64,000 bases of DNA from the NCBI GenBank assembly GCA_964187785.1, contig OZ076409.1, positions 92,506,001 through 92,570,000 of the forward strand. Direction: 5' to 3'. The DNA comes from Amphiscolops sp. MND2022. Its lineage: Eukaryota. Of this stretch, positions 24,101-38,377 are shown piece after piece; position 1 is the stretch's first letter, and every line of letters starts with the position of its first letter. Under the pieces are notes generated by a model. The model was given only the letters and a program-made list of their open reading frames with translations, made no database searches and was not told where the DNA came from. A program made the translations under genes and the position numbers.

Positions 24101-26089
24101 GTATGTATTCTTGGGAGTTGGAACGTAATGGACCAAGAAAACCCCGGAACAAGCGCCTTTTCAGGTATGATAATGGCATTTTCGGGGAGAAAAACCAGTG
24201 AATGCATGTTTTGTGAGGTTGTTGTGTGTTAACCCATCAGCGGAAATGTGTTTTGCAGGTAGTGGTCACCGTAACACGTGGCTACGGGTGTTTAACAGGT
24301 ATTTACAGCTATTTTCAGCTTTTTGGGCTATGCAAGACAGCCGCAGATGGATGGGAAGCCATACTCCACCAGAGCGACAGAAGGGCGAAATGGAGTGTTG
24401 CAGTTCGTTGTACTCCGTTTCTCGAGGAGACGTCCGAGTGGGACGAATGTTGGTGGACAGCGAGTGAAAGTCTGTCTTGACGGTGCTAATGGTCCTAATC
24501 ACAAGTCTCTAGCTGGTCTGGATGTGGAGAAGTAGCGTGGCGAAGGCACGTCACGTCCCCTTTGACCAGAAGTGTCGCTCATTTGGGTCATGGTTCGCGA
24601 AAGTTTTGAAATTGCACCTTTTTTCTTTTTTGTGGGAAATTGTTGGTGCAGGTCAGTGACATTTTTTGCAATGTAACGCCACCCTATGGAACGCTTCTTT
24701 CGAGAGAAGAAAACATATTTTTCGCAAAAGTAGCGATCTTTCGTGTTTTTCGGTGTTTTCTTTGGTTAGAGCACGAGTGCTCAGTAAGTGCAACGTAGCT
24801 TCGCAAAACTGGGACAAAAGTAGCCTTGAGCCCTAAGGGACCCGGCAAAAAGCAGTATTGACCGTTCCTGCGGCTCTTTTAGGTGGAAAAGATGTGATTC
24901 TGCAGTGAAAAAGTGCGAAAGGCGGAGAAAAGGCCAAAAAATCACTTAAAACCACTGGTGCAATCAGGTGTAGAAGCTTGGGGAATCAATATAATGTAGT
25001 TTTTTAGCAAAACACAACTCCAGGACACCGGAATTAACTTTTGTTGCGAGTTTAGCTGCTTTTGGAACCTCGGATAAGCGAAAACCTTGTAATTTTGGCT
25101 GTTTTGGGCGAATCTCGTGCGCTCTCATTTTCTGTTGTATAGTAAAAATAACGTCTGAGGGTAAAAATCCCACGTGAAAATTATTTTTCAGGGTTGAGAA
25201 AAGTGAAAAAACGCAGTGAAAATCACCTTTTTTACACAAAACCGGACTGTCTAATAGTTAGGGTCGGGTCCCTGATTCCCGGTTACTAGCTAAAAAGTGG
25301 TTGTTTTTTCGCAACCATCACTAAAAATGAAAGTTAGTGCCGAAAAGTTGGTGAGCCTAGCGCTAACCAAAGTCGAAAGAAGCTCTCTGACGTTTTGACC
25401 TCAGAAAAGCTAAAATTGCCAAAATTAAACAAAACTGTAAGGTCAATAGTGTCTCATACCTAACAGGCACGGCTAATTGAGGTCTTGTAGCAGTGCTGCG
25501 ACCAGAGGGGCAGAACGTTGACCTTATTCCGCCTGCCGTAACATTTGTAGTGCCGACCATCTTAGCCAATTTGTGAAAAAAGTGTCAAAAAAGAGTGTTT
25601 TTGCTGAGATTCGGAACCCCATTCGGAATCCCAGGAAAGCTCGCGGGCTTCCATCGGACCACTGAACCAGCATTGTGGGTGCCCATTGTCAGCGCCTACT
25701 AATTTTTGTGCCAATCGGGGCCGCATTGAGTGAGAAATTGACGAAAACGCGTTACACGAAAAGAGGTGGAAGAAAGACCAATTTTGCGAAAAATTATTGG
25801 AGGTGCTCGGACACCTTAGTCGGAAAATGGGAAATAATTGCCATCCACCATCGTAAATTGTGCTGGTTGGGAAAGTGATAGCGCAGAAATCTAACCGCTA
25901 ATTTTTACCGCTGTGTAGAAATTGCGAGATAGGCGAGCATTTTGACTTGTACTGACATTTGTGAGAACCGCACGTCTGTACCCAGGCGAAACAGTGCACA
26001 GGCCTCGGAACCTAACTCGGTGCTCAGTTCCGTGTACCTACGTGTGTGCCGGATTCACGGGCCGGTTTTGAGACAGATTTGACCCTTGA
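20513..26089. repeat. Tandem duplication, 2789-bp unit (20513-23300 / 23302-26089), covering most of LTR A plus leader
   Basis: Near-identical copies at offset 2789 with a few SNPs; second LTR end + TGG at 23953. Confidence 0.95.
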
Positions 26090-26662
26090 GTGACGAATAC
26101 GATCCACTTGTGTTTTTCCGTGCTCGCTGAGTTAGTTCGAACGCTATCGTAAGCGTCTCTTGTTCGCTTCACCGAACGCATTGCCCCTAACCAAGTTATT
26201 TTCTGGGTTTGTGGGTTGGGTGGTGTAAGTGATTGTGAACGCGATACGGCCACTAGAAGCGATTTCGAACTTCTCGAGGCGTGCAGGTCGTGATTTTAGG
26301 TTAAGTCCTCACCAGAACGACCAGCGATCGCGAACACACGGAGGCCTCGAGATACAATTTTCGTGTTCCCTGGGCATACCAAACGGCCTAGTGAGTTTAG
26401 ATTAGTAGCATACAACCTCGCAGTAAAAACTTGATGGCCCTTAGTGACGAATTTCCGTTTGCCCCATACACACGTACTCACGCAGTAGACCACCACACCA
26501 TGTTTTGGGCTGGCGCAGTGGCCATAGCGAAGTTGCTTAAGCGCAGCTGAACAAGTGTGTCCCAATTGAGCGGATCCTACACGTCCGAAGCCATCGAAAC
26601 TCTGGAGTTAAGCTCGGTCCAACGCGAGAATTCCGAAAGTGATATGATCGGAGCCTTCGGGA

Positions 26663-29600
26663 GTGGCCCTCGGTAAAGCCCTCGGTAAAGTCACCAATTC
26701 CTCGTTTTCAGAAGCAATGTCTTATAATGTAACCGCTGAGAAACAGCGAAAGGAAGAGCAGAATCGAGACACTTCAGCGGATTCGGGGGAGGTCGTCCGC
26801 ATCGGGCAATGGATTCAGGATACCAGTGGTGCGCTGACAACGTCACCTCAAAGGGAAGGGTTGTGGCCGAACTACAATATCACGGCTGTCAATGCAACAC
26901 CTCAACAAGAAGGGTGCTCGAGGGCACCTGATGATGCTAGAAGTCCTGGCAGCAAGGATACAGACGCTATCGTCCTAGAAAGCATGACGTACGTGGGCGG
27001 CATAAACTTTGCTAAATATCGCCTGGAGGCCAGTCGCACAAAGACTTCCGGGAAGCACCAGAAGCTGCGCCCACTGACATTTTGCATGCATTACGAACTG
27101 TACCGCGATAATTATCAATAAATTCGCGACGGCGACACGTCTATCGCATCCTCGCGACGATCCTCGGCGTATCGCGCCATGGCGGAAGCGGCAGCTGCAG
27201 AACTGCCATGTTACAGAAGGAAGCTGAGGAGCAACGTGCCTTAGCGCGCCTGCCTGACACTCTTGCTGAATGCAGTGAACAGCACAAGGTGATAACCGCG
27301 GAGCTTGAAGCAATGCCAAGCCTGTGAAGGAGAGCCTGAGGGCTGCCAATCAACAACATACTGTGCAACCTGCAAAAGTGGATGCTATGGGCTTGGAAGA
27401 GATGAAGGGCCTATTCCTCCAACGCGAGCTACGCATGGAAGTGTGGAAGTGTAGATGGCTGAGCTCAACACGAAGATGCATACGCTGAGCACTGCAGTCC
27501 AAAGCGGCGACCAGCCCAAAGTAGGTGAATATACTACATCTGACGCAAAAGTGATGCCTGCGCGCACCCCTGACCCGCCTCTAATAATGAAGGACTGCCC
27601 CAAAACGGTGACTAAAGCAGCCAAACCTCCCGAAACGGCAAAGAAGTGTACGAGAGTGCACGTGTGTGCACCTTACTCACTGACCACGGTTCAGTAGCCC
27701 ACCACACTGTCGCACTCAGAAGCGAGTGGTGGATCCTATGACTACCACCTCCTCTGTCATAGATTTAACTGACACGAAAGCCACAGCTGGGTCCCAAACC
27801 AGCAGCGTTGAAGATGTCGCCTATCCTACCGCTAGGGCACGGACAACCGAAGCTGACTGGCTGTACTTAACTGCTAGCGAAGGGATGCTCGCGGGCAGCC
27901 CTTCCGCCAGTAGCACACGCAAGAAGGTTCACCTGGTGGGAGCTCTGTCTATTCAGGCCAATAAAGGCAGTCGCGATAATTCACCAGCAGCCAGTGATGA
28001 CTGCCCCACCCACAGTGGTCCCTGAGGTTCACCACTAGGCAGTTGCAACGTAATCGCCGAAAACCATCGCAGCCCTATGGGCCCCAATATGCTATGAGGT
28101 CGGAGCCTCATCCCTTGGTACCATTACCGCCTAACAAGATGGTGTTGCCGCAAGGAGTATTGCCCCCACCTCCTCCGAGAAGCGCACCAGCCAACCCAGA
28201 GACTGCACCACCTGCTGCGCGCCTGCCGATAGGTGCCTGTTTTAACTGTGAGCAAACGGGTCGGTTTGCCCGCGATTGTCCTCAGGGGTGTACTGAAGAC
28301 AAGTGTATCCGCGGGGTGGAGCATCAAAACACGATCATCCTCCAGTGGCACAGTATGGGCTGCAGCACCAGCCCCCTCCACTTCCGCCCATCAGCTGTAA
28401 GCAAACTCGTCACTCACGAGATTCTCCACGCACTGCGATGCAACGTGGACTACAAGGCCACAATTCTCACAAAAGCGGACCCGGGAGCGATTCTCCGCGA
28501 TGTACTCTACGACGTCTTGTGCCATAAACTCTACGACGCGCGATAAACTTGTGGCGCCAAGCAAATGCAGACTTGCCTAGAGCCGACAACCTTCGACCCT
28601 CAAGGGCGTACGCTCATACCAATCCATCTGATGCTAGCTGTAGAACTGCAGCGTCGCCCAACGTTGACTTTCGCTAAGCTCTGGACTGAACTGACGATTC
28701 TGTACAAACGAACAGAGCTCCCTCGTCCCAAGGAGTGGTATGCTCCCGGAGATTCAGACACGTTGACCACCTATTTCCCCGTACCTATTTGTGCCACTTT
28801 GTACGGTGTGGATGTCAAGTTCAAGGCCTGCGTGGTCGTGGATGTGTTTCCCCCAGGTGTTTGCTTGGGCCCCAGGAATTCAAGTGCTACAACATCAGTC
28901 GCCAAGAACCCACGGGCGGAGCGCAGAATGATGAGAGGTCTGGTAGACATTTAGTCCGGAGTGTCTATTCTGACGTTCTCCTCAACCGTGTCGCCGTTCA
29001 AACGGGGGCAGTGCTGAAACCCTACCAGATTGACTTGTACGCCGCTAATGGCAAAACCATTAGGACTTTTGGAATGGCGGAGCGTCTGCGCTTCTAACCG
29101 GAGGCTATGAGGTGGAGACGAACTTTGTTAAGGTGGACGAAGCCATGGGTGAGACTGGCCACATCTTTGTAAGCGTGATGAACCTCAGTAGTAACCCCTT
29201 ACGGATCGGTCGCGACACCCACCTGGGCACTGTGGTACCTGTATCCCTGGTATACAAAGCTGTACCCCAACAAGTGGGTAACACAAAACCCAAAACCGAG
29301 ATCGATAAAGACCATGTTGATTATGTTCATAAAGTTTATGGGAATTTAAATCTCAGCATCGACTCGCAATTCACTTCTTCGCCGGATTGAAGATTTGTCT
29401 TCAACAGATCCTACTGATGAAGGTCTTTCAGACCGTAAAAAAAAGAAACGCACGGACCTTGAGCTAATGGCTCCCATACCGGGAGCAGACTTGCAGCTAC
29501 AGGAGGTAAAAGATTTATGGGGCTCCGAAGGGAGCACCTCTTTAGAAAACATTCTAACTGAGTTTGACGATTTGTTCATGAAGCATAAAGCTGAAATCGG

Positions 29601-32600
29601 CCGTTGTACTATAGCAAAACACCCAGTAGAGGTAGAACCAGGAGCCATACCGCACCGTGAAGGTGCCAGGCGCGTGTCTCCTGAAAAAACTGAACGTGCT
29701 AATCAAGAAGTGCGCAACCTGCTTTTCCTTGTAATGATTCAACCTTCACTGTCCCCCTGGGCCAGCGGTGTCGTCATGGTCAAGAAAAAAAACGGTGAGT
29801 TGTGGTTTTGCTGTGACTTCCGCCCACTGCACGAGGTGACCATCAAAGACGCATACCCACTGCCTCGAACTGAGGAGAGTTTGGCCAGGCTGGGCAAAGC
29901 CAAGATATACACTAGCTTTCATCTGGCAAGGGCTTTCTGGCAAATCCCTGTCAGAAAAACTCATCGCCAGAAAACTGATTTTGCCTGTGAACTGGGGCGC
30001 TTCGAGTGGAGACGGATGCCTTTTGGTATGTGTAACGCTTCCGCCACCTTCCAAAGAGCAATAGCTTGAGCGCTACGCAGAATTGTTAATCGGGAAGGTA
30101 GCATGGTGATGGCATACATTGACGACATAGTGATCGCCACCAAAACCGGGGGGACCACAGAGTAAGCCTCTGTGAAGTTTTCGAATGCGTGCGTGAAGCA
30201 GGATTCAAGATGCGAGATGCCAAGTGTGACTACATGGAGTCCAAAATCAAGTACTTGGGACGCGTGGTATCGGCAGAGGGAGTAAAGCCTGATCCCAAAG
30301 CAGTCGCTAAACTACGAGACCAGGAAATTCCCCGCAACAAGTCGGAAATGCAAAGCTTTTTCGGCTGCGCCAATTATTACCGCGAGTTCATCTCTTGGCA
30401 AGCCAAACTCGTTGCTCCTCTGCACGCCATCACTGGGGTTAAGCCCACTTTCGCGTGGGGGGCTGACCAACAGCAGGCCTTCAAGCAAATCAAGAACACT
30501 CTTACCGAGGCGATTGCTCTCCCGCAGCCCGACTCGGAAGGCGAACTTAAGCTGGACACTGAGGCCTGTACTCTAGCGATTTCTGGTATCTTGCACCAGT
30601 GGCCGGGGCCCCAGGAGATCGACGTCGCTGCCCCATCGTTTACGGCAGCAAGAAACTGACAGCAACACAAGCAAAATACGTAGCTCTATGGTTGGAGATG
30701 AACACTGCCTACCACTTCATTGTTAAAAATCACAGTTATTTGTGCCCCCTGCCTGAAATTCACCCTGCGAGTGGACAACCAAGCACTGTCGTGGCTGAAA
30801 ACCTATTCCACCGATGAGGCTCTCATTGGTCGTTGGATAATGGCACTTGAGAAGTACCACTTCCGCGACGAACACTGCCCGCGAACACAGCATCGCCATG
30901 CCAATGGATTGTCTAAACGGACCAACGACTACCGTTTGCGGGAACAACAACTCGAGAAGCTACCACTCGTAGCTGAACGCTGGAACTTCTTGTCCCAAGA
31001 GGAATATCAGCAATTGCCCACTGCACCTTTGTTTGACGTACAGGGCAGGATGATACCCAACCAGCCCAACCTACCTTCGCACTTGCGTCACGTCCAACCC
31101 ACTCCTCCAAGTATGGTCAAACGTAATATTCGTCGCACCCAACAAACTAAGCGACGGGAAAAACAGAAAGTGGCTCTGCAGGCTCCACTGCCGGCGCCTG
31201 CCCCACTTGTATTGCACGCTCACGAAAATTTTTATCCTGACTATCTTAAGGACTGGATAGACGTCACCGAGGAAGCAAGTCAAGATTATCTGCTACCGAC
31301 TCACGACACCAACGTTGCTTTGCGTACCACCTTCGCACTGGTTGAGGCCACTGGAGCGGTACTACAGAATGCCCCTAACAACATCAAACAGGCAGTGCTG
31401 GCCATTCGAGACCTGAGCACAGTTCTCCACCGACATGCCCACACCGTCCATGGTATTGAAGACCTGGTGCTAGTCCAAAACCGATGTCAACGTTTTAGCC
31501 GTCAAAAAACTGGTCAATAACGAAAACATCGACCAGGACATCTATCCAGAGGATATGCGTGCTTTTGCCCGCAACTACTTCAAACAGAAAAAAGAATTGC
31601 TGTTTCTGAATTCCAACGGGGCCTCTGCGTGAAACACCCTCCTTGGCAGGGGTTGTTGCATCAACGGCCCTGCATGATTGTCATGCCCCAGCTGTATCAA
31701 CACGAAATACTGTTTCGTGCGCATGATGCCTTGGGCCACCAAGGCATCAGTAAAGTCGCCGCAACTATACAGGAGCGTCACATTTGGCCTGGTATTCGTC
31801 GCACTGTCAGGCAATACGTCGGTCAATGCATCACATGCCGACAAGTACGAGATAAACCCGACGACGTTCGTTTTCACCTCAAAAACATCCAGAGTGGGTA
31901 CTTTAATGAGCTGGTCCAGTATGACCACATGAAACTCTGTTCCTCTGACGCTGGTAACACTGTAGCCTTAGTCATTATAGCCACGTTTCCATGTTTGCCG
32001 AGGTTGTGCCTAGCAGTCACGATGAGTATGATGTCGTCACTACATCCCGCTTGCTACCTTAAAAGTGGTTTGCTCGCCATGGCACGCCTCCTCGTTTGCA
32101 GTTTGATAATGCTCCCAATTTGACTGCCGAGATTTCAAACGAGTTCATGAAGTTATCACAGGTCACCGAGGTGACGTCAACCGCTGGTCAACGCGCACCC
32201 AGGACTATTAGAGCGCCAGAATCCCACGCTGCTTACGTTACTGCGAGTGTGTTGTTCCCGCTGAATGCGCGACTGGGATTAGCACCTTGACGAAGTGCTC
32301 GGTGCGTATAATTCCACCCGGCACGCTACCACAGGATTCTCCGCCAACATGTTGACCCGTGGTACTGAAAAAGCGATACTTACGTACCTAAATCCAAGGT
32401 TTGCCACACGATCGCTTGCAACTCATGACGCGTATGTCGACCACATGTTGGCTCGCCAACAAGAGATTCATGACGTGGTGCGCCGCAACACCCAGCAGGC
32501 TCAGCTATGTCGGAAGCTGAAATACAATCACGCCATACAGGCTAGGGCGAACAAACCATGTGACCTGGTTTGGGATTTCTGTCGGTACGTCCCGCAAAAA

Positions 32601-33236
32601 GGTTTGCCCAAGTTGATGCGCGCATGGCGTGGCTCGCATCGTAACGCTCATATTTTACAAGATGGGCGTGTCTACATCTTGGATACCGGCAAAAGGTGCA
32701 CTCTGAGCGCCTTAATTCACTCCAACGTGGCCCCAGTGAATTCGCCACAACCCCTCAGGACACCGGTGAAATAGCCGAAATCATGGACCCGGAGCCCGAG
32801 CGCTCCGTTGAACCAATAACCCATGATTTGTCTCAACCTTCGTACAAGTCTGAACAATTACTTTCAGAAGCCTCGAATGTGTCCTGCCCTCACGCCGAGG
32901 ACATTGGATGAACACTCGACTCCGCACCAAGCTCCGTGCAGGAGGGTCCGAGGGACTCGGTTGCACTATCAGCAATTTGAATATACCACCTCAGGCACGG
33001 ACTATGAACTCTATGATGCTATGCTCCCTATCCCTACCTATCCACAAGACCTGGAGCAACCCGCGATGCTCCCGGATCTACTCCCCGAGTCTGCGGATCA
33101 AGATCCGGTATCCAACGTCTCTTTTCAAGACTGTCTACCGCAAGTATTTTCTGACCATGAACCCTTGCGCTCACTGTCACCACAACTAACGCTCTCAGAC
33201 GACCCACCAGCACTGTCCCTTACAGTGCCTTGCTGA
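26663..33236 (+). pseudogene. Degenerate Gypsy gag-pol of element A
   Basis: Zinc knuckle CFNCEQTGRFARDC (28238-28279); RT motifs SPWAS, CDFRPL, DAYPLP, MPFGMCNASATFQR, YIDD (30115-30126); RNase H remnants; integrase HDALGH..CITC and AYNSTRHATTGF; many stops and frameshifts; 3' LTR not found. Confidence 0.9.
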
Positions 33237-36200
33237 CAAATCCATCACTTACCGATTATCTCAACAACTACCCAATCTGGCTGAACCAGACTGAAGCTAC
33301 TGATACGTCAATATTCCGTCCATCATCCCCTTCCTTGGATGATGCCGTACAATCGGCCCCCAAACACCCGACCGCTCCTTCTTCCAAGAGGGGGAGGGGG
33401 AGGCCTCGAAAGAATTCACGGGTTCTTCGTCAGGGGAAAACACCGGCCAGGAACGTGGCTCCGCCAGCATGGCAAAGGCCTGGACTGGAATTCACGCTAG
33501 CGACAGTGATTCCGCTGCCCCCCACCCCCGCTAAACATATTTCGTGGCCCGTTCAATATCGAGCGAGAGCCGGTGCAAATGGCCAGGTGCATAACTGCCG
33601 ACCTTCTACGACCGATACGGGGTACAAGACGAGGTCGAGCCTGCTGTCTACAGTCCAGCACCGTACTGGTGGTTATTGGTGACTGTGCCACGTGTTGATA
33701 AGCTAGTGGATCCACAGCACTTGCTGCTGTGTTTGGAAAGCCTGAGAACTTCCACTACGGAAGATCTAATTTAATACTTCCACCTCATTGATTGGTATCG
33801 GGGTAAAGTGAAATTTTGTTGGTGGTTAGAACTAATCATCACATGCTTCGTCAACTACTCGCCAATCCGATTGCTGGACGAGTGGATCCACAACTTCGAA
33901 GAACCTCTGCCCACTAAGGCAGCGGTGAGCACACTGGACACATGGGTCCGAGCGAATCTGGACAATCAAGCACTACCAAGTTCCGTGTCGCTAGCCCTAG
34001 CCGCAAAACAAGGACGTGCACCGCCTATATGTCTGCCTCCTAACAACGAGCCTGGGCGAGAAATCATATACTCCGGCAGCTTACGACCCAATCGGCTGAA
34101 ATTTTGTAGGACATGACTGATTTCCTGCAGGCTGAAAACAACACTGCATTGGCATGCCCTGCCGACTTGGAAAAGAGTTCTGGCGCGCTGCGCTACGTGC
34201 TGCGCGAGTGTGGAAGGGAGCAGGTCTTCTCCCTATGCCCACAGGTAAAGGATGTGCTAAACCTGACCCCCGCAATTACCAACAACCCTTCTCAAACTAT
34301 CCACTTGATGAATACCCGTTCAAATCAGCGTGCGCCGCTGATAACTGATGACTTCCTGCTCTGTCTGGAACAGCTAATACTATGGCTTGGAGACAGAGGA
34401 GTGTTTAACATTCTTTTTCCGATATTGGATCCTGAACGGCCAGTTTAATTGTTGGACAATCAATTCCAGATATTGATGCATCTGTTCGCAGGGACCAAAA
34501 TCATTGTGATACTGCACATTCGCGTGTACGTATCAATAATGGGCATCGAGTTGGGGATAGATAGAACCAGCCATGAGAAAATGGGAAAAGCTTGAAAGTA
34601 GGTCCTGTACAAGTTTAGGAAGCTTGAGCGGTCCCGGATTGTTGTGATATTGCACATACTTCCACCAGTGTCAAAACTCGGAAATATTTTTGACAACTTA
34701 GATGTCAATTTGAGGAATTTTTCTAACATGAATCTACAGTTGGCTCTTTAAAATTATTCCTACTGGACATCGAGTTTAGTTGTTGTTGAATGTTCACACC
34801 ATTCTTACCTACAAAGTAACTGAAACATTTTCCTTTGGAAGTCATACTCCATATCTATTGATTTTGCTCGGAGTTTATTGAATCTTGAATATTTGACAAG
34901 CAAGACCGAAGGTTACGTTTTCAAGTAAAATTTTTGAAAGTTGTGCAAACAAACTTTTATCATATCTTTTCGAAACACCACCGGTAGCTACACGGTTCAA
35001 TCCTGAGCCTATGGTTTGTCTCAATAAAGTTAGGTTTTCGAAGGGGTCCATAGCTAGGACTATATTTTCGAAAATTAGGAAAAATCGGAAAATTTTACAT
35101 TTTCGTAGCAATCTCTAGGAATTTCATCCCACCTGTTCCCAAACTGCATTTTGTATACCCCATTGATTCAACGCTCAGGTCAATGAAAGTTCTTTTTTTC
35201 AGAAACGTCTCTTTTCAAGACTGTCTACCGCAAGTATTTTCTGACCATGAACCCTTGCGCTCACTGTCACCACAACTAACGCTCTCAGACGACCCACCAG
35301 CACTGTCCCTTACAGTGCCTTGCTGACAAATCCATCACTTACCGATTATCTCAACAACTACCCAATCTGGCTGAACCAGACTGAAGCTACTGATACGTCA
35401 ATATTCCGTCCATCATCCCCTTCCTTGGATGATGCCGTACAATCGGCCCCCAAACACCCGACCGCTCCTTCTTCCAAGAGGGGGAGGGGGAGGCCTCGAA
35501 AGAATTCACGGGTTCTTCGTCAGGGGAAAACACCGGCCAGGAACGTGGCTCCGCCAGCAAAGGCAGAGACTCAGACAGAGGTCTCAGGGCCGGTATCAAT
35601 TGGGACAAAAGCGACAGCTGCGGAACGTGTGGACTACGCGACTGTGTCTGCATACTAGTTGTAAATGAGAACCAGAGGGACGTCGAGGCGAGGACTTGGT
35701 TCACCGCATTATAGTACGAGCAGAGAAGACCTTCGGTGGTGAACCGAACTGACAATTACTCAGCCGAGGTGATTATACAGCAGATTGCAGTGCCTAATGT
35801 CACCATTTCCTAAAGGCACCATGTCCTCGGTTCAAAGAAAAAACAAGCGATGGCAAAGGCCTGGACTGGAATTCACGCTAGCGACAGTGATTCCGCTGCC
35901 CCCCACCCCCGCTAAACATATTTCGTGGCCCGTTCAATATCGAGCGAGAGCCGGTGCAAATTGCCAGGTGCATAACTGCCGACCTTCTACGACCGATACG
36001 GGGTACAAGACGAGGTCGAGCCTGCTGTCTACAGTCCAGCACCGTACTGGTGGTTATTGGTGACTGTGCCACGTGTTGATAAGCTAGTGGATCCACAGCA
36101 CTTGCTGCTGTGTTTGGAAAGCCTGAGAACTTCCACTACGGAAGATCTAATTTAATACTTCCACCTCATTGATTGGTATCGGGGTAAAGTGAAATTTTGT

Positions 36201-38377
36201 TGGTGGTTAGAACTAATCATCACATGCTTCGTCAACTACTCGCCAATCCGATTGCTGGACGAGTGGATCCACAACTTCGAAGAACCTCTGCCCACTAAGG
36301 CAGCGGTGAGCACACTGGACACATGGGTCCGAGCGAATGTGGACAATCAAGCACTACCAAGTTCCGTGTCGCTAGCCCTAGCCGCAAAACAAGGACGTGC
36401 ACCGCCTATATGTCTGCCTCCTAACAACGAGCCTGGGCGAGAAATCATATACTCGGCAGCTTACGACCCAATCGGCTGAAATTTTGTAGGACATGACTGA
36501 TTTCCTGCAGGCTGAAAACAACACTGCATTGGCATGCCCTGCCGACTTGGAAAAGAGTTCTGGCGCGCTGCGCTACGTGCTGCGCGAGTGTGGAAGGGAG
36601 CAGGTCTTCTCCCTATGCCCACAGGTAAAGGATGTGCTAAACCTGACCCCCGCAATTACCAACAACCCTTCTCAAACTATCCACTTGATGAATACCCGTT
36701 CAAATCAGCGTGCGCCGCTGATAACTGATGACTTCCTGCTCTGTCTGGAACAGCTAATACTATGGCTTGGAGACAGAGGAGTGTTTAACATTCTTTTTCC
36801 GATATTGGATCCTGAACGGCCAGTTTAATTGTTGGACAATCAATTCCAGATATTGATGCATCTGTTCGCAGGGACCAAAATCATTGTGATACTGCACATT
36901 CGCGTGTACGTATCAATAATGGGCATCGAGTTGGGGATAGATAGAACCAGCCATAGAATTGCCCTGATGCTCGTGCCGCTCACACTCGTGCAGCCTCGGC
37001 ACGAACTCTGCTGTGGGCCACGGTCTCACGTCCCTTTGTGTTGTTTAGCTATGAAAGTGCCTCAAGCGCTTAATTTGCTTTTATTCTTCTACATGTAGAC
37101 GCTAATTAATGCTGCCCTAAGCTTCGCCTTAACGTACCACTACTTTACGTAATGTGCACCGTTAGTCGGTGGGCGAGTTCCCGTAAGGAGCTTGTAGTTA
37201 GCTGAATGGCAGAGAATAGCTGAATTAGCCGAATGGCAGTGAATAGCACGAAACAGGTCTAACGAGTACTTGTTTTTAGACCTACCCTAAAAAGGCCTAC
37301 AACCAAGCGCCAGGTGACACAGACCCCTTCAGTGCCTGCTGGCACCGCACCTTCATGTGAAGCTGCTCGAGGGCACCGAGTCAACCAAGCGCAATACTTG
37401 GAGGAGAAACTGCGGAATGGCATCTCCCGCGGCAGTAGTTGGTGTAACTGCTCTGTTGGCCCAGTTAGAAGTTCAGCAGACGCTGCCCAGTATGGCAATC
37501 TCCATCTCAGCCAATGTATCTGGGTACAAGCGCACCATGACTTGCCGAAATGGTGTATGGGATGGGTATGACCTCACCCATCATTTTCTTGATGGCAGAT
37601 CAACCTCATTGTACGGACCCGGGAATCATACAACGTTCGAGCAGGAGGCCACGCTGTGCATGTCTCCTTGCGTGCCCGTTCAACCTGTGGCTCCACAGCT
37701 ACTTTTCCTTTTTTCGGCACTATGGAATTGGACGAGTAAAGAGAAACATTTTCGATAACGTTTTTCGAAAATAGTTTGCGTTAAAGGGGCTTGAGGGAAG
37801 TCTTTGTTACTTTTGATCATGTGGAACTGATGAGTTTTCTTTTTGATTGTGGAAAAAACCTCATTCCAGTTTTATCCAGCTCTGTGCGTCTTTTCTAAAA
37901 TTTCATTGGGTCAAAAGGTACCCCCTTGCTTTCATAGTTGCTTTCGGCTTGAGGCAAGTAGTATTCCGAGCTGAAAGTTGTTTCGCCATTATAGGTTTTT
38001 CACCAAAAAACTTCAAGAAAGTAGATTTTTTGTTACTCCTGCTGGGGAAAAAGTAGATTCCGAGTCTCAGGCGTTTGTCATGGTGTACTTGTTGGCACTG
38101 AGAAAATGGGAAAAGCTTGAAAGTAGGTCCTGTACAAGTTTAGGAAGCTTGAGCGGTCCCGGATTGTTGTGATATTGCACATACTTCCACCAGTGTCAAA
38201 ACTCGGAAATATTTTTGACAACTTAGATGTCAATTTGAGGAATTTTTCTAACATGAATCTACAGTTGGCTCTTTAAAATTATTCCTACTGGACATCGAGT
38301 TTAGTTGTTGTTGAATGTTCACACCATTCTTACCTACAAAGTAACTGAAACATTTTCCTTTGGAAGTCATACTCCAT
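33114..38377. repeat. Complex tandem duplication: copy 1 is 33114-35208; copy 2 is 35204-38377 + 51256-51616
   Basis: Near-identical sequence, AACGT junction microhomology; copy 1 lacks 35560-35850 and 36955-38099. Confidence 0.92.

Noticed and set aside
20513..26089. The 2.8-kb repeats as the two LTRs of one element
   Set aside because: They are directly adjacent, start inside the true LTR and include post-PBS leader
35560..38099. The two blocks missing from duplicate copy 1 as spliced introns (processed copy)
   Set aside because: Boundaries are not GT-AG on either strand
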